From Octopus sinensis (lineage: Eukaryota): a stretch of 64,000 nucleotides of DNA. The position numbers and the translations under genes were made by a program. Numbering within the stretch: position 1 is the stretch's first letter; every line of letters starts with the position of its first letter. Below, piece by piece: positions 12,441 to 26,050 of the stretch. The notes under the pieces are model-generated. The model worked only from the letters and a program-made list of their open reading frames with translations, had not been told where the DNA came from and ran no database searches. Location: contig NC_043009.1 in assembly GCF_006345805.1 (NCBI RefSeq), positions 71,424,001 to 71,488,000 of the forward strand, read 5' to 3'.

Positions 12441-13767
12441 TATTTTACAAGTGGTACTTATTGTATTGAGCCCAGGAGGATGAAAGGCAAAGCTGATCTC
12501 AGCAGAATTTGAACTATGAATGTGAAGCCAGAAAAAATTCTACAAAGCATCTTGTGTGGTGTGCTAACAATTTTGCCAGCTCGTGATCTTTAATAAAATT
12601 CCTAATAAGAATAATCCTGTTTTGTAAACACCATCTGCCACAGTTTGGCTGCTAAATCAATATCTTCATAATAAACTGGAGGCTTTTTATAAGAAGCAAC
12701 AATCAATAATTTTGGTGAGGGAGAAAAGAAATGCAATGTAATGACGTTCCATTTCTTCATTAATTATATTAAATACCACTTATTATATTACCTTGTCTTT
12801 TATTATGGACCCTCAACTCATGAAATGATTATAGGGGCAGCATTGTAACGTGTGGCATGTAAACCTATCAGAGCCTATCCTACTCTATGTCTAGTTGGGA
12901 TGGAATTCTCCAACAGAGAAAGAATGCAAGGATCAACCCTTAAACAGCTTTTATTTAGTGACCAGCCAAAAGGATGAAAGGCAAAGTGACCTCTGAGCAG
13001 GGAACCAGAACAAATACTGCCAGGCATTCTACCCTAGACAAGAGTGACAAGAGCTGCCAGCCTGTCGTCTGGAACGTAAGGAGATTCCACCAAACATAAA
13101 CTATCATTCCAGATTGCCAGGAACTTGATCCTACAGTAACCCCTACACCTTAATTATATACTGAATCACAAACTAAAAAGGGGACTCATTGCATGGGCAC
13201 TCAATCTGCTGAAAGTAGCAGCCAAATCTCCCTTAAATTACAACTGAAAAGAAAGGACATATTTGAAGAAAAATATTGCCTGGGTTACTGAAAATAAAAG
13301 ATGAGATGGCCATGGATGGAACACCTTTCAATACAGGCCTACTCAATCAGAGTTGAGCAACAACATATTGTAATATATTTAATGGTTATAAAACAAACAA
13401 TGCCGTAATTGTACTGCAGGAAATATTAGTGGCCTTTGAGATTATCTACATTTTATTTAGCAGATAATATCTAAGGATTTATTTCCGACACCTGCATTTT
13501 TTTTTTTATTATTGTCTGAAAAGTCATTGTGAGACAAAAGCAGTTTCTTCAATTTATCAACAAAGAAAACTGTAAGGTTCCATACGAGCTGCACGTCCTG
13601 TTTGCAGCATTGGTCATGTAGCAGACAAAGACATCTTGAACCAGTTCAAGGTAATAACCATAAATCAAGGTTTTATAGCAGTTTCACAGCTGTTTTAAAA
13701 GCCAAGATGCACGAGTGTCAGGTGTGCAACTAATTAAAAGCACAGGTGATTTATCTGTTTTTGCATA

Positions 13768-15497
13768 TCAAGGTAAAGGTGATGCATTAGATAGAAATAT
13801 TTACAGAGGTATCAAATGGTTGGATCAGGTGATGAAAGTTACAGAGAGGGTCATAGCCCAACTAATTAAGGAGAGAGTTAGCCTAGATGAGATGCAGTTT
13901 GGTTTTGTGCCAGGGAGAAGCACCACTGATGCTATATTTCTGGTAAGGTAGTGGCAGGAGAAATACATAGCGAAAGATAAACCTTTGTACTTGGCTTTTG
14001 TTGACTTGGAGAAAGTTTTTGACAGGGTGCCCCAATCCCTTATCTGATGGTCAATGTTGAAACTAGGGATTGATGAGTGGTTGGTGAGAGCCATACAAGC
14101 CTTGTACAGGGACACTACCAGTAAGGTGAGTGTGGGCAAAAAGTACAGTGAAGAATTCAGGGTACAAGTAGGGGTTCACCAAGGATTGGTCCTAAGCCCC
14201 CTCTTGTTCATTGAAGTCATCCAGGCAATAATGGAGGAATTCAAGACTGGGAGCTCCTTTATGCTGATAATCTTGTTCTTATAGCTGAATCACTACCTGG
14301 ACTAGAGAAGACATTTCAAGTATGGAAGCAAGATTTAGAATCAAAGGGCCTCAGAGTTAATCTAGCAAAAACCAAAGTCTTAGTATGTAGAAAGGTAGAC
14401 AAATCACAAATGCCTTCAGGTAAGAGGACCTTGTTCAATATGTAGAAAAGGCAGAGGTAGAAAGTGCATAAGATGCACCCAGTGTAAGCTTTGGACACAT
14501 AAAAGGTGCAGCAACATTAGAGGAAGGCTAACAGGGAAACCAGCTTTTATATGTGGAAGATGCACAGGTACAATAAATGCTGAAAAGGTGAAGAAAATAG
14601 ACTATCAACTGCTGGGGTGGCCGAGTTAGTAGTGGAGGTGGATGCTCCAAGAGCATGTCTGTGAGAATAAGATTAGGCTGGGAAAAGTTCAGACATCCCT
14701 GCTGGCAACAAAGAGCCTCTCTCTCAGAGTGAAAGGCAGATTGTATGATGCCTGTTACGCTACATGGACGTGAAACATGAGCTGTGACAGCCAAGGACAT
14801 GTGTAGGCTTGAAAGAAATGAAGCCAATATGCTTCACTGGATGTGTAATGTCAGTGCGCATGTTTGACTGAGTGTCAGCATCTTGAGAGAAAAGTTGGGC
14901 ATAAGAAGCATCAGATGTGGTGTGCAAGAGAGACGAATGCACTGGTATTGTCATGTGATGCCTATGGACAGCTGTGTAAAGAAGTGATGATCCCTAACTG
15001 TTGAGAGAACTTGTGGTAGAGGTAGACCCAGGAAAACATGGAATAAGGTGGTGAAGCATCATCTATGAATTTTGGGCCTCACAGAGGCAATGACTAGTGA
15101 CCAAGACCTTTGGCAATATGCTGTGCTTGAGAAAAACACCTGCCAAGCCAAGTGAAATGGCAGTTGTGGCTGATGCAGGGGTCATGTAACCGGCACTTTT
15201 TGAAAGTGGTTGAGCTCCTTTCAAATGTTGGGCTTCACAGAGGGAATCACTGAGACTTTTGGCAATATGTTGTGCTTGAGAAGAAGCCAAGTAAAATTGC
15301 AGTCGTGGCAGATACTGGTGTCACGCAAATGGCACCTGTGCCAGTGGAATTTAAAAGCACCCATTACACTCTTAGAGTGCTTGGTGTTAGGAAAGGCATC
15401 CATGCCAAAACAGAGTGGAGTCTGGTGCAGCCTTCCAGCTTGCCAGCCCTTGTCAAACTGTCCAACCCATGGACAATGGACATATGATGATGATGAA
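13768..15497 (+). mobile_element. Degenerate 5'-truncated RTE LINE of the same family, with 3' UTR and (TGA)n tail
   Basis: GKGDALDRNIYRGIKWLDQVMKVTERV..LDEMQFGFVPG, LGIDEWLVRA, VGVHQG; many frameshifts; ends ..catatgatgatgatga. Confidence 0.92.
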
Positions 15498-16762
15498 AGC
15501 TGTCCAGTTTTACTCAATTTAATGAACCCAATATGCAGATAAGCTGGTCTTTGTATGGCAGTGTTTTGGTATTTGACTCTCTACCTCGCTGCCACAGAAT
15601 TCACAATCTTGTCTTCATGTGAGGGAATTCGATTTTGGTATTCTAAAGCACAAAATTGAACAGCAATTCATAACTTGATTCAATTCAACAATGAACCCCA
15701 GCCTTCTCTCATTCACCCAATTCTTATCTGTTCTACAAGACAAGGACGGTGCAGAAGCCTAGTACTTTACTTGTTGCACAGTGTATTGACAAGGTGAAAA
15801 AAACCAGAGGCCCTTACCCACCTAAGCTCAAGCTAATCTCCAAGAGATCTTGTGAAGGTTATCAGATCATATCGTTCCTCTTAACCCAACCATTCAAAAG
15901 ATGTTGAAGCATCAACATTCTATGTAGCCATGTCAACGGTGACCAAACCAAGACATGGTTTAGCTCAGCTCACCAGTACACATGTACTAAGTTAAAGTCA
16001 AGGGGTCACTTGTTACGAGGCCATGCTTGCTGATGAGTGACACCTGTCCTGTACAGTGCTGTTACTAGATGGGAATTTCATCTAACAAAACGAACTTTTA
16101 ACTGCCATATCTCCCTTCTACAACTTGTTTTATTTTCTCTTCTTCTTCTTCAAAGATTGTCTCATCCTCATTCTGTGCTCAGCAATATGGTCCTAACAGT
16201 CATCAACCTGCTCCATTTTGTGCTAAATACAAAACTACTTTGGCCCTGCACTTTACCTCAGACTTTCAGAAGTTTCTGCTTCAAACAATAAGGACATTTT
16301 CCCTGCAGACTTCACAACATAGAACTTGTTTCCAAACCTTAAATGCAGGGTGAGGTGAGAACAGATCACAGCTGTCATCATTCTGTATATCACAAGATTG
16401 TGTTTAATTACTTCCTCTTGACTACCTTAATTCTATTCAATTTACTGATAATATACATACACCATCATACCAAATCTGTTGGCCTCCCATTAGATTTTGC
16501 TCTCCTCTCAGGTGTCTGGCTGAAGTAACTCACTCTTTACATCCATTTGCTTCTGGTCGAATATGTCAACTACCTCAGCAGACCCACTTTTCATTGTGCC
16601 AACACTGAGGAAGGCAAACCAGAAATTTAAAAGCTCTTCAGATGACTTGGTTTCACAATAAAAAAATTAAAAAAACTCAAAGACATAAAACAATTGCCAA
16701 TAGAGAGATACACCTGACCATATTTACCTTTAGCTTAAGTAAAAACATGAAGTGCTACGTAC

Positions 16763-16853
16763 CTATAAGGATAACCATGATACTTGGAACGGAAAATGGA
16801 TAGCAATAAACTGAAAAAGAAGGCCACACAGCCTACTCCTACCAATGCCATAA
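16763..16853 (-). CDS. TUSC3: TUSC3/MAGT1 exon 9: (I)[29 protein letters not shown](S)
   Basis: 91 nt, phase 1 to 2; acceptor ctcttctatttttcAG, donor GTACGT; conserved [12 protein letters not shown] motif. Confidence 0.97.
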
Positions 16854-17236
16854 CTGAAAAATAGAAGAGATACAGTTCTTAGAAATGGTAAGAGCAAAAT
16901 ATATTTAGAGAACCAATATTTACATAGAATTACTTTGATATTACATTCAAATAAATATCTTTGCCATTAGAGTAAGTTCATGTTTCTTTCATATTCAGCA
17001 GAAAATAGTTCACTCTTTCTGTTTATTCATAGAAACGGATAAATTTAAGATGTTAGATTATTCCTACAATGGGAGATCTCTCTCTCACACACACACTCTT
17101 CCTTTGTTTCTGGTACGAGAAGTTAGTTCTTTCTGTTTCACAGCACAGACTTAACATCATAGTCTTGTAATAATTCACAGCTCATATTGAGCACTTTGGG
17201 AGAAATATACCATGCTAAGATTATAATGCACCCTAG

Positions 17237-17270
<34 letters not shown>

Positions 17271-17901
17271 ACGCGTGTGCGCATGTGTGTGCGCACACGT
17301 GTGTGGGCATGCACATACTTCTGGACAAATGAAAAAGGATATTTTTTTTACAGATTTCAGTCAATCGACTGTAGCATAGCTGAAGCCATACCATCTGGGT
17401 ACAATCCATTGTACCCTTCTGGGGTACAATCAATTAGATCAGCCTCAAAAGATTGAAAGACAGGGTGAACTTGGATCGGATTTGACATAATAGACATTAT
17501 AACTGATAAGCCACAGTTTCAAATTGAACCCTATTAAACACCAGGTATTAAATAAACAATAATTTCCCAGTAGAAAATAACAACGATGCTACAAAGAGCA
17601 ATCAGTGGGACACATGTCTATGTTTCCATGGTAGCACCATATTTTCCCATTGAGCAAGACTTGGCTGCAGTTTCAGCGATTTCTGTTGCTTTGTTGTTTT
17701 TCATGAAATACGATCCACATTAAAACAAATGTTTTGTTTTGTTTTTGTTTTTTTTGTTCAGATATAAATGGGAGATAACTTTGGACAGGTTCCTACAAGA
17801 CTGACTGTCAACGTCACCATCAGCAGATGCTGTGTTGCCATACTTTCTGATTTGGCAGCAAACAGTCTGCCATGTAAAATATACAAAAAATGTGTGAGAG
17901 C

Positions 17902-17932
<31 letters not shown>

Positions 17933-18762
17933 CTGGCTTTAAAGATGAAAGAACAATTCTGAACTGTCATCTGCAGAATAAATAATATATGGAACTTAAG
18001 ACTAATTAATGTGTGTGTGCACGCATCTACAGAAAATTAAGTGCCTTGCTCAAGAACACAACACCTAGACTGAGCAATAGGTTGCATCCTCTAGCAAGGG
18101 GCTGCAAGTCCAGTCTGCTCAGCTAGAAATGAGTCCCAGTCCAAGAGATCTCTCTCTCTCTCTCTTCTTCTTCTTCTTCCAGTTGTTACATCCTCCTCCA
18201 CGTTAAAGCTCAGTGGGCAAAAGCATGGTCCATGCCACGGGCCATATTTGCTATAGAGTGACAGCTATGGCTTTTGGTCATACACACACAACTCATTGAT
18301 TGATTGATTGAATGTCATATGATGAAACACCAGTGTTCTGGATGCCCTGCCCCACCATCCATGCCTTTAAAAACCCACAATTTTCTTTGAGATGTTTCCC
18401 TGAGACAAACTATTATAGTTTATACTATTCCATGTTTGTATACAAAGCATGTTACAGACTCCAACAATTTAATCAGAACCGGTTGAATAAACAAAAAACA
18501 TTTTAATGTTTGTCTAAATAAATATTTCTAACATTAATACAAGACCATAAATGATAAACTTAGGTGAGCTTTGTGGCCAGAGTTGGTACTGAGCTGGACT
18601 CAATACTCTGCTGGTAATGTTTCCTTAACTCCAGAGAAGATTAAAGAGGTAAAGACAACCTTGGAAGGATTTGAACATCAAAGAATGTCATCACACAATT
18701 CACCACCTGTTGATTGATCTGAAGAAATATTTAAAAGAAAAAAAAACTAAGATTTTACTTAC

Positions 18763-18837
18763 TTTTTTTCTTGCCTGGATCACCTTTTAAATTATTAGCT
18801 TCATTAAGTAGAATGAAACCTATCACAACAGCAGCAT
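18763..18837 (-). CDS. TUSC3: TUSC3/MAGT1 exon 8: (N/Y)AAVVIGFILLNEANNLKGDPGKKK(I)
   Basis: 75 nt, phase 1 to 1; acceptor CCCTTAAC-ttcgtctcAG (U12 branch site, no long pyrimidine tract), donor GTAAGT; matches [24 protein letters not shown]. Confidence 0.95.
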
Positions 18838-18847
18838 CTGAGACGAA

Positions 18848-18855
18848 GTTAAGGG
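18848..18855 (-). promoter_or_regulatory. U12-type branch site CCCTTAAC upstream of exon 8
   Basis: CCTTAAC core, 10 nt (ttcgtctcAG) from the 3' splice site, the spacing typical of U12 introns. Confidence 0.9.
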
Positions 18856-20384
18856 TTTCAACACGAAGGAAATGTTACACAAATTGCAAAGTTTTGAACC
18901 AAGTAATGGAATTGTGATAAAGAAACACACACACACACACACAGAGGTTTAGTAGAACAATGAGGGGAAGAGAAGTCAATACACGAGTATATTTTTAATT
19001 TTTCTGACAATTAAGATATATTACATATATACACACACATATACACCTGTATGCATGCAGGTGTACATGTATTCATTTATTCTGATCTAAGGCTTCCTTC
19101 TCTCACTACTCTGAGTTTCACATTTACATTTCGCAATTCGAAATTTTCAGCTCACACACACACACACACACAGCATCTCAACCGAAAGTTCAAATGCCTG
19201 CTTTTGTAGAGTCTAAAAGTATAGCAAACTGCTTCTAGGCAGAAAAGTGATGTATCCGACAAAGACGAGTGATACAGGTTGACCAGATGATAATTGGTTA
19301 ATGAGAGAGAGACGTTAAGTAAATGTTATAAGCAAAAAGAAAACCACAAATATTTCATTGAAATATGGACACAACCTTTCTTCAATTCACATTGACCCTT
19401 GATTTGCCTTTCAATATTTCCCCCATGATCCTTGATGTTTTATTCTACAATTAGAATTAACAATAAAGTCACTAAGCAGCTTTATTGATGGGAGCTAATG
19501 ACTAAATGCCTATAAAGACCACAAGAATAGAGAGCAGAGGTGGGTAAACCACATCAAACCAGAAACACTATAAGAACTGTTAACTTGTACCAAACTGGAT
19601 TGTTTGTAGGTGAGAAAACAACCGAAGAACCAAGAAGCAATGAGTTGGGTGTCATCTTTGGAATGACTGTGTTGTGCGTGTGAGAGCAGAGTTCACCTGG
19701 CATCCCTTTTAGGCCACAAACACAGCCATGAACTAACCAACGACACAAACACTTCTCAGTTCTAAATAGACTCCGGCCTCAATCAAAGACAATAAAGTTC
19801 TAAAGCAATAAAATAAACAACAATTTTCTCAAGAAACATTAAAAACCCATTTGCTAGGTTTTTCTTAGCTGTATGTTGTTATTGTTTTTTCTTATAGTTT
19901 TTATTGCTTTTGTCATCACTACAACAACAACAATTTGTTTTATTTACTGCAAGGACAAGAACAACAATAACAAATTACAAAAAGTCTTCCTTTTTGTTTC
20001 CCTCAGTCCTGAATGAAATAAACAACACAACAATAATAAAAAAAAACTCTGCTGCTGCTCTCAGGCATTGGACAGTGGCAATGCTGGAGCATTTGGTTGT
20101 CTGGGTTCCAGGCCTATCTTCTGCACGAATTAACTCACTGGTCTACAAAGAAAGCTGCAGCTAAATTTTCTGTCTTTTGTCTATTTAAGTAATAAGAAAA
20201 CTAATCTATATTCTTTTATCTTCTTGCTTTCAGTTGTTTTATTTCTTTCCTTGGCTCATGTTTTTATTTTTGAAATTGTCTCCATATCAAAGAAAGCAAC
20301 ATAACTAAACACTGCACTCTATTTCATCTGGTTGCTCTACCAATTCCGTAATTTAACTTTGATATAACTTTGGAGATAAAAGAA

Positions 20385-20810
20385 GTTATACATGACATAG
20401 TCAACCCCAGGGTTTGATTTTATGAGGGGATTTTTTGAGAAGGGGGGGTAGTGAATGGAAGATAAAGTTGTCCCCAGTGACATTTGAACTTTGAATGTAA
20501 AACAAATGAACAGCTCAAAGCAATTTTACTGGTGCTCTACCGATCCTGTTTCCAAACCATTCCCAACCCCATGACCTGAAAATAAAACCTGATGGGTGAA
20601 ACGCACATTGGTTTCATATTCTGGCACAAGACCAGCAATTTGGGGGTGAGCTAAGCTGATTACATTGACCCCCAGCACTCACCTGGTACTAATTTTATTG
20701 ACCCCCCGCCACAAAAGATGAAAGGCAAAGTCAACCTCGTCAGAATTTGAACCCAGAACGTAAAAACAGAGGAAATGGTGCCAAGTATTTTGCCCAGTTC
20801 ACTGCCTTAG
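20385..20810 (-). mobile_element. Two older family-A SINE copies (further degenerate copies near 8290-8570, 12430-12600, 12940-13060, 18540-18700, 31480-31690, 37835-38015)
   Basis: Recurrent ..accccca..ggtactaattttattgaccc..gatgaaaggcaaagtcaacctc..gaatttgaac. Confidence 0.75.
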
Positions 20811-21769
20811 ATAAAAAAAAAAAATTTCTTCAAACAGAAATAATAATTAGAACAAATACCTGCTAATTGATGTTAATGTGGATTGTTGAAAAATTAAGTG
20901 AAGTTGATAATTTGCTTGACAAATAAAGAAAAAGGAATGATTTAGTGTAAGTTGGAGTATGTGTGTGGGGTGGAGGGGAGGAGCAATTATTTGGAGAGGA
21001 AACAAGAAAAAAAATAGCATGTGCACACCCACCCACGCACACACTGCTGCTGTCCAAATTGAAAAATGACAGCATTATTACAAAGTTTATTACTCCTAGC
21101 AGTATTACAAAGTGGCCATGACCCAAATGATTCACAAACGACCCATAGAGTCAGATGAGCAGCACACCACTCTAAGTAGTACAAAACTGGGTGCTCTGAT
21201 GGCAGTGGAGCGTTTGTCCTAGGAACAATACTTTTACAACATCATGCAAGCCTACACATACACAAATATGAAAATTAGCTCTATATTTGGTCACTTGATT
21301 GGCAAGAAAGAACAACCAAATCTACATCAAATCACACCCCATCATCTTAGGAAAGGACACACTCATTCATATGGTTCTAAGTTCCCTGCTCAAAGGAAAA
21401 TGATAGGATGGTCACAATTGGAATGCCGTTGATCTTAAATGTGTTTGATCAAAGCTGGCCTGGGGCTAAACAATAATAGATATGCATTCAAACCTACTTG
21501 TAATGCTAAGATTCAAAATAAGATCAGATATTACACAATAACCCTAGCCCTACCAAGCACTAAGTGACCAACCAATTATCTTAAGAATACTAAACAAGCC
21601 AATAACGGTAACTAAGAGCTATAGAGGAATTCTAGTCCCCCAATGAACCTGCTTCTCTTTTCTGGCACAAAGTCCTGCTTTCGTGTCTAATTTCGTGTAA
21701 TTCAACTTTAAAGTGAAATGCTTTGCTGCACACAAAGGCTGTCAGAGCTGATCCCAGGTTTGACAAACT

Positions 21770-22075
21770 CTTCTTCTTCTTCTTCTTCTAAATCCATTGC
21801 AAGGTTGGAAACCCTTCCACATTGTCAACAGCCCTCTCAGGGTCACAAGCATTTTCCCCCCTTAGCCTGTACACTTCACCTGAAGTGAAGGGCAGTGAGA
21901 ACTGAGCTAGTCTTCACCTAGAGAGATTCCACTTGTGGTCTCCTTTCAATCATTGCCATCTTGAGCTAGTTTCAGCTGCTGTGCCTATTTCCTTGGTGGC
22001 TTTCTTCAGTTGTCTGTGTTCCAGGCCTATCTTCTGCACGAAATAACTCACTGGTCTACAAAGAAAGCTGCAGCT
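21770..22075 (-). mobile_element. Hero/NeSL-like RLE non-LTR retrotransposon 3' relic with (AGA)n tail
   Basis: SFLCRPVSYFVQKIGLEHRQLKKATKEIGTAAETSSRWQ*LK resembles the Hero-type AAEKASRWLWLKR terminus. Confidence 0.55.
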
Positions 22076-22877
22076 AAATTTCCTGTCTTTTGTCTATTTA
22101 AGTAATAAGAAAACTAATCTATATTCTTTTATCTTCTTGCTTTCAGTTGTTTTATTTCTTTCCTTTGCTCATGTTTTTATCTTTGAAATTGTCTCCATAT
22201 CAAAGACTTACATGACATTATCACAAATCCATCTTCAAAATGCTGCTCCATGCAAACATTCTCAGATAAGAAAACATTAGAAAACAATATTTGCCATACA
22301 ACTGAATACTGAATGTGAAGAAACAAGAGGAACCATGTTGGTATAATTGCTGAGAGACAAACAATGGCACAAATGTGCAAACTCTGAACTGATATTGTAC
22401 AACATCAAAGAGAGAAAATGGCCAGCATTCATTTAGAAAATAAATAAAAGCAGTGCATGATAAGAAATGAAGAAGTTTTGCAAAATAATTTCTTGAAAAG
22501 GAGCAAAGCACATATGAAACATAGAGGCACAACAATGTAGAATTTGCAGAAAGTTTAAGATTTTACAAGAGAAATGCAATGAAGAGAGAATTTAAGAGGA
22601 AATTATTGACAGTCGCAATTTTAATATAGCACACACATACACAAAAGTATATACACATGCACACACACATATGTAAATACATATATCACCATCATCATTA
22701 TTATCATTTTAATGACCACTTTTCTATGGCTGCATGAGGAGGACAGACTCTTTTGGAGACAGATTCTCCACAACTGGATACCTTTCCTGTTGCTAACCCT
22801 CATCATTGGTTTCCAAGAAAAATAATATTTCGCCATGACCAAACAGGTTTCCACACACAATTAGAAACAAATGATAC

Positions 22878-23242
22878 TCTTTTTACTCCTTTCCTTGTCT
22901 CAGTCATTCGACTGCGGTCATGCTGGAGCACCACCTTTACTCAAACAAATCAAACCCAGGAATTATTCTTTGTAAGCCTAGTACTTATTCTATCGGTCTC
23001 TTTTGCTGAACTGCTAGGTTACAGGGACATAAACACACCAGCATCGGTTGTTAAGTGATGTTGAGGGGGACAACCACAGACACACATACATATAATATAC
23101 CAGAGGCTTCTTTCAGTTTCCATCTACCAAGTCTGTGCACAAGGCTATAGTAGAAGACACTTACCCAAGGTGCCATGCAGTGAGACTGAACCCGGAACCA
23201 TGTGGTTGGGAAGCAAGCTACTTATCACACAGCCACTCCTGC
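22878..23242 (-). mobile_element. Family-B SINE
   Basis: Reverse complement of the 54893-55295 consensus; a partial second copy follows at about 23290-23460. Confidence 0.88.
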
Positions 23243-23503
23243 TTGCAATGACAGAGACATTCCTTTACAACTCTCAATGTCAAGGAAACAGTAACACACA
23301 CACACACACACACATCCAATGGGTTTCTTCCGATTTCTCTCTACCAAATCCACTTGCAAGGTTTGGCCAGCCCAAGGTTATAGAAGAAGGCGCTTTTCCA
23401 AGGTGTCCAGCTGTGGGATTGAACCCAGAACAATGTGGTCAGGAAACAAGAGGCAAGAGTTTCATGCACTGACACTTCGTAAGTGACTTCTGCTGATTAC
23501 TAA

Positions 23504-23509
23504 TGTGTG

Positions 23510-23590
<81 letters not shown>
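23504..23590. repeat. (TG)(AT)n(AG)n compound microsatellite
   Basis: Direct reading. Confidence 0.98.
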
Positions 23591-23595
<5 letters not shown>

Positions 23596-23914
23596 AGCCA
23601 ATGTATCCAGATGTGTTTCCAAAGCAAACAATACTCTTAAACTGAATAAAACTTGCTAACAATCAATAAACAACAATTCCGTTTGTGTGAGATTTCGGTG
23701 AGACAGACCAATCCTTCAGATTTATAAACTAAGTTCAAAGAAGCGGGAAAATATATAAAAAGTAAAGTAGACACGTGGATCTTTTTCTTTTTACCCGTTC
23801 CTGTCATTAGTGTGTGGCCAGGTTGGGTTAACAGCTTTACGTGTTTTACTCAAAGATCATATCAAGCCCAGCATTTCACTCTGGTGTTTACTTCATCAAT
23901 CACATAGAGTGTAC

Positions 23915-24333
23915 CAGGCATGGCTGTGTGGTAAGAGGCTTGCTTCCCAACCACCTGGTTCTGGGTTCAGTCTAATGGTGTGGCATGTTGGGAAAGTGTC
24001 TTCTACCACAGGCTGACCAAAGCTTTGTGAGCAGATTCAATAGAAGGAAACCAAAAGAAACCCATCGTATACGTGTGTGTGTGTGTGTGTGTGTGTGTGC
24101 AAAATTATGTGTGTTTTGATGTTTGTGTTTGTCCCCCACCACTGCTTGACAACCAGTATTAGTGCGTTTATGTGCCCGAAACTTAGCAGTTTGACAAAAG
24201 AGACTGATAGAACAAGTAGCATTCTAAAACAGATAACGAGTTCTGGAGTCAAGTGATTCAACTAAAAATCCTTTCCAGGCAGTGCCCCAGCATGAGCACA
24301 GTCTAATGAGACTGAAACAAGTAAAAAACAAAG
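23915..24333 (+). mobile_element. Family-B SINE
   Basis: caggcatggctgtgtggtaagaggcttgcttcccaacc..gactgaaacaagtaaaa. Confidence 0.88.
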
Positions 24334-24549
24334 AAGACAGCCTGGCAACAGCTGAATGTCAGATGAAACAAACAAACAAGCTTTAAAACGTAATGAGTTT
24401 TGCCACTGGAGAAATGCGAGGTTAAAACTGAAATTTAACAAAGAGACAAGTCTAACCAGGGAAAGGAAGAGTTGAGGTTCAATCCATTCTGCAAATTATA
24501 GTCACCAAGTAGAAGAAGGATCAGTAAATATAGAATTATTGTCAGGAAG

Positions 24550-24915
24550 TAGAAGTGGCTGGGTGGTAAATAGCTTGCTCACTAACCACATGGTCCTGGA
24601 TTCAGTCCCACTGAATGGCACCTTGGGCCAGTATCTTCCACTATAGCCTCAGGCTGACCAAAGCCTTGTAAGTGGATTTGGTAGATGGAAACTGAAAGAA
24701 GCCCCTTGTATATATGTGTGTGTGTGTTTGTTCCCCCACCCCACATTAACTTGACAACTGATGTCGGTGTATTTATGCCCCTGTAACTTAGCAGTTCAGC
24801 AAAAGAGACTGATAACATAAGTACTAGGCTTACAAAGTCCTGGGGTCAATTTGCTCGACTAAAGGCGGTGCTCTAGCATGGCTGCAGTCAAATGACTGAA
24901 AAAGTAAAACGGTAA
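24550..24915 (+). mobile_element. Family-B SINE
   Basis: gtggctgggtggtaaatagcttgc..ggcaccttgggc..aaatgactgaaaaagtaaaa. Confidence 0.88.
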
Positions 24916-25529
24916 GATAGAAATTATTGAAATAATTCTTCACACACAGTAATTCTTCAGATTGACAGGGAACATAAACAGGGACCTTAAAACTAGGCCA
25001 TTCTCCAAATAATGATTATGCAACCAATTTCCCAGCAGTCGATCAGCAGCTACCATTTTTAATTATGTGAGGACACTTAAATTTCCAGTGATCATCATCA
25101 ATGACTTTTTTGCTATCAAACCATCACAACACACAAGCACCTGTTGAGTATCGGGGTCAATGGGATCAAATAGACCCTTCCTGAACCAAAAAAGCCTTGT
25201 GCCTATAATAGAAAGGGTTTTAATGATTATTATTTCTAGTAATGGTTAAGGAGGCAAAAATTCAATTTATTAACATGTAAAAGAATCAGTAAAAAGTATT
25301 TGTTCTAACCAATGAAGAATTTCTTGAATGAAATATTTCAGCAATTTTAAAATCTTGAACAATTTTGAAATTGGGTAAAAATTTTTAGCAGCTGGACACA
25401 GGAATACAGCGGAAACCGTTAGTTTTCACATAATAAAGAAATTCATTTTACTATTGCAACAGATGTAGAATCTTTTAGGTGGTGCCATAATTAGGCTTAC
25501 TCCTGTTTCAACATTTATAGCCATTATTG

Positions 25530-26050
25530 TCATCATCATCATCATTATTATGATTATTGAGTGAGAGAGCAGCGTATGCCATCAAAGTGATGCTGGGGTA
25601 CAAATATACGAAGCCCAATATACCCATCATGACTACCTGTCTGATAAGGATACACCATATATATGCAGCATGGTGATCCCATATCAAGATAAACAGCACA
25701 TAACCTTTTTTTTTAAGGTTGAATAGCCTATCTCACTCAAAAGGTCCCTGAATAAGGTTTGTTTAAGGATGAACTCGTGTTTCCAAAGGTGAATAAGTCA
25801 AACCCCAAGCAATCCCTCTCAACGCATGGCCATGATGCTCTCCACTACTTCTGCTCGTGATCAGAGGTGCACATATTGTCAGCCACCAAGGGACATGCTC
25901 AACTGGTGGAAGTCAAGCAAATCTGTGACATTGAGCAGAATATTTGCTGTAGTCCATCTTTTATACCAAAACAAAACAATGAACATGATAACACTTCCAA
26001 TGAATTAAGATCAGAAGCCATGAGAGCCACTGCCTGGTACTGCATCAGGG
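25530..26050 (-). mobile_element. SINE-like element with RTE-style (TGA)n tail (related tails near 11255-11530, 30530-30810, 55310-55625, 61340-61580)
   Basis: Ends in ..aataatgatgatgatg; shares RTE 3'-UTR-like motifs (gggcatccagc, catgccagcatggaaaa) with the other copies. Confidence 0.6.

Noticed and set aside
13545-13580. Alternative terminal exon giving (S)FLC-stop
   Set aside because: The acceptor lacks a pyrimidine tract; the 10547 exon has a far better acceptor and a family-like FLFK ending.
15560-16600. Faint Penelope GIY-YIG-like words here and at 60160-60420; faint LINE-like words at 5050-5330, 57700-58250 and 62500-63000
   Set aside because: Too decayed to assign by eye; needs profile searches.
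17334-17342. ATATCCTTT, an AT-AC U12 donor consensus on the gene strand
   Set aside because: No plausible exon upstream and no matching branch site with AC acceptor; exon 8-9 splices by ordinary GTAAGT/AG.
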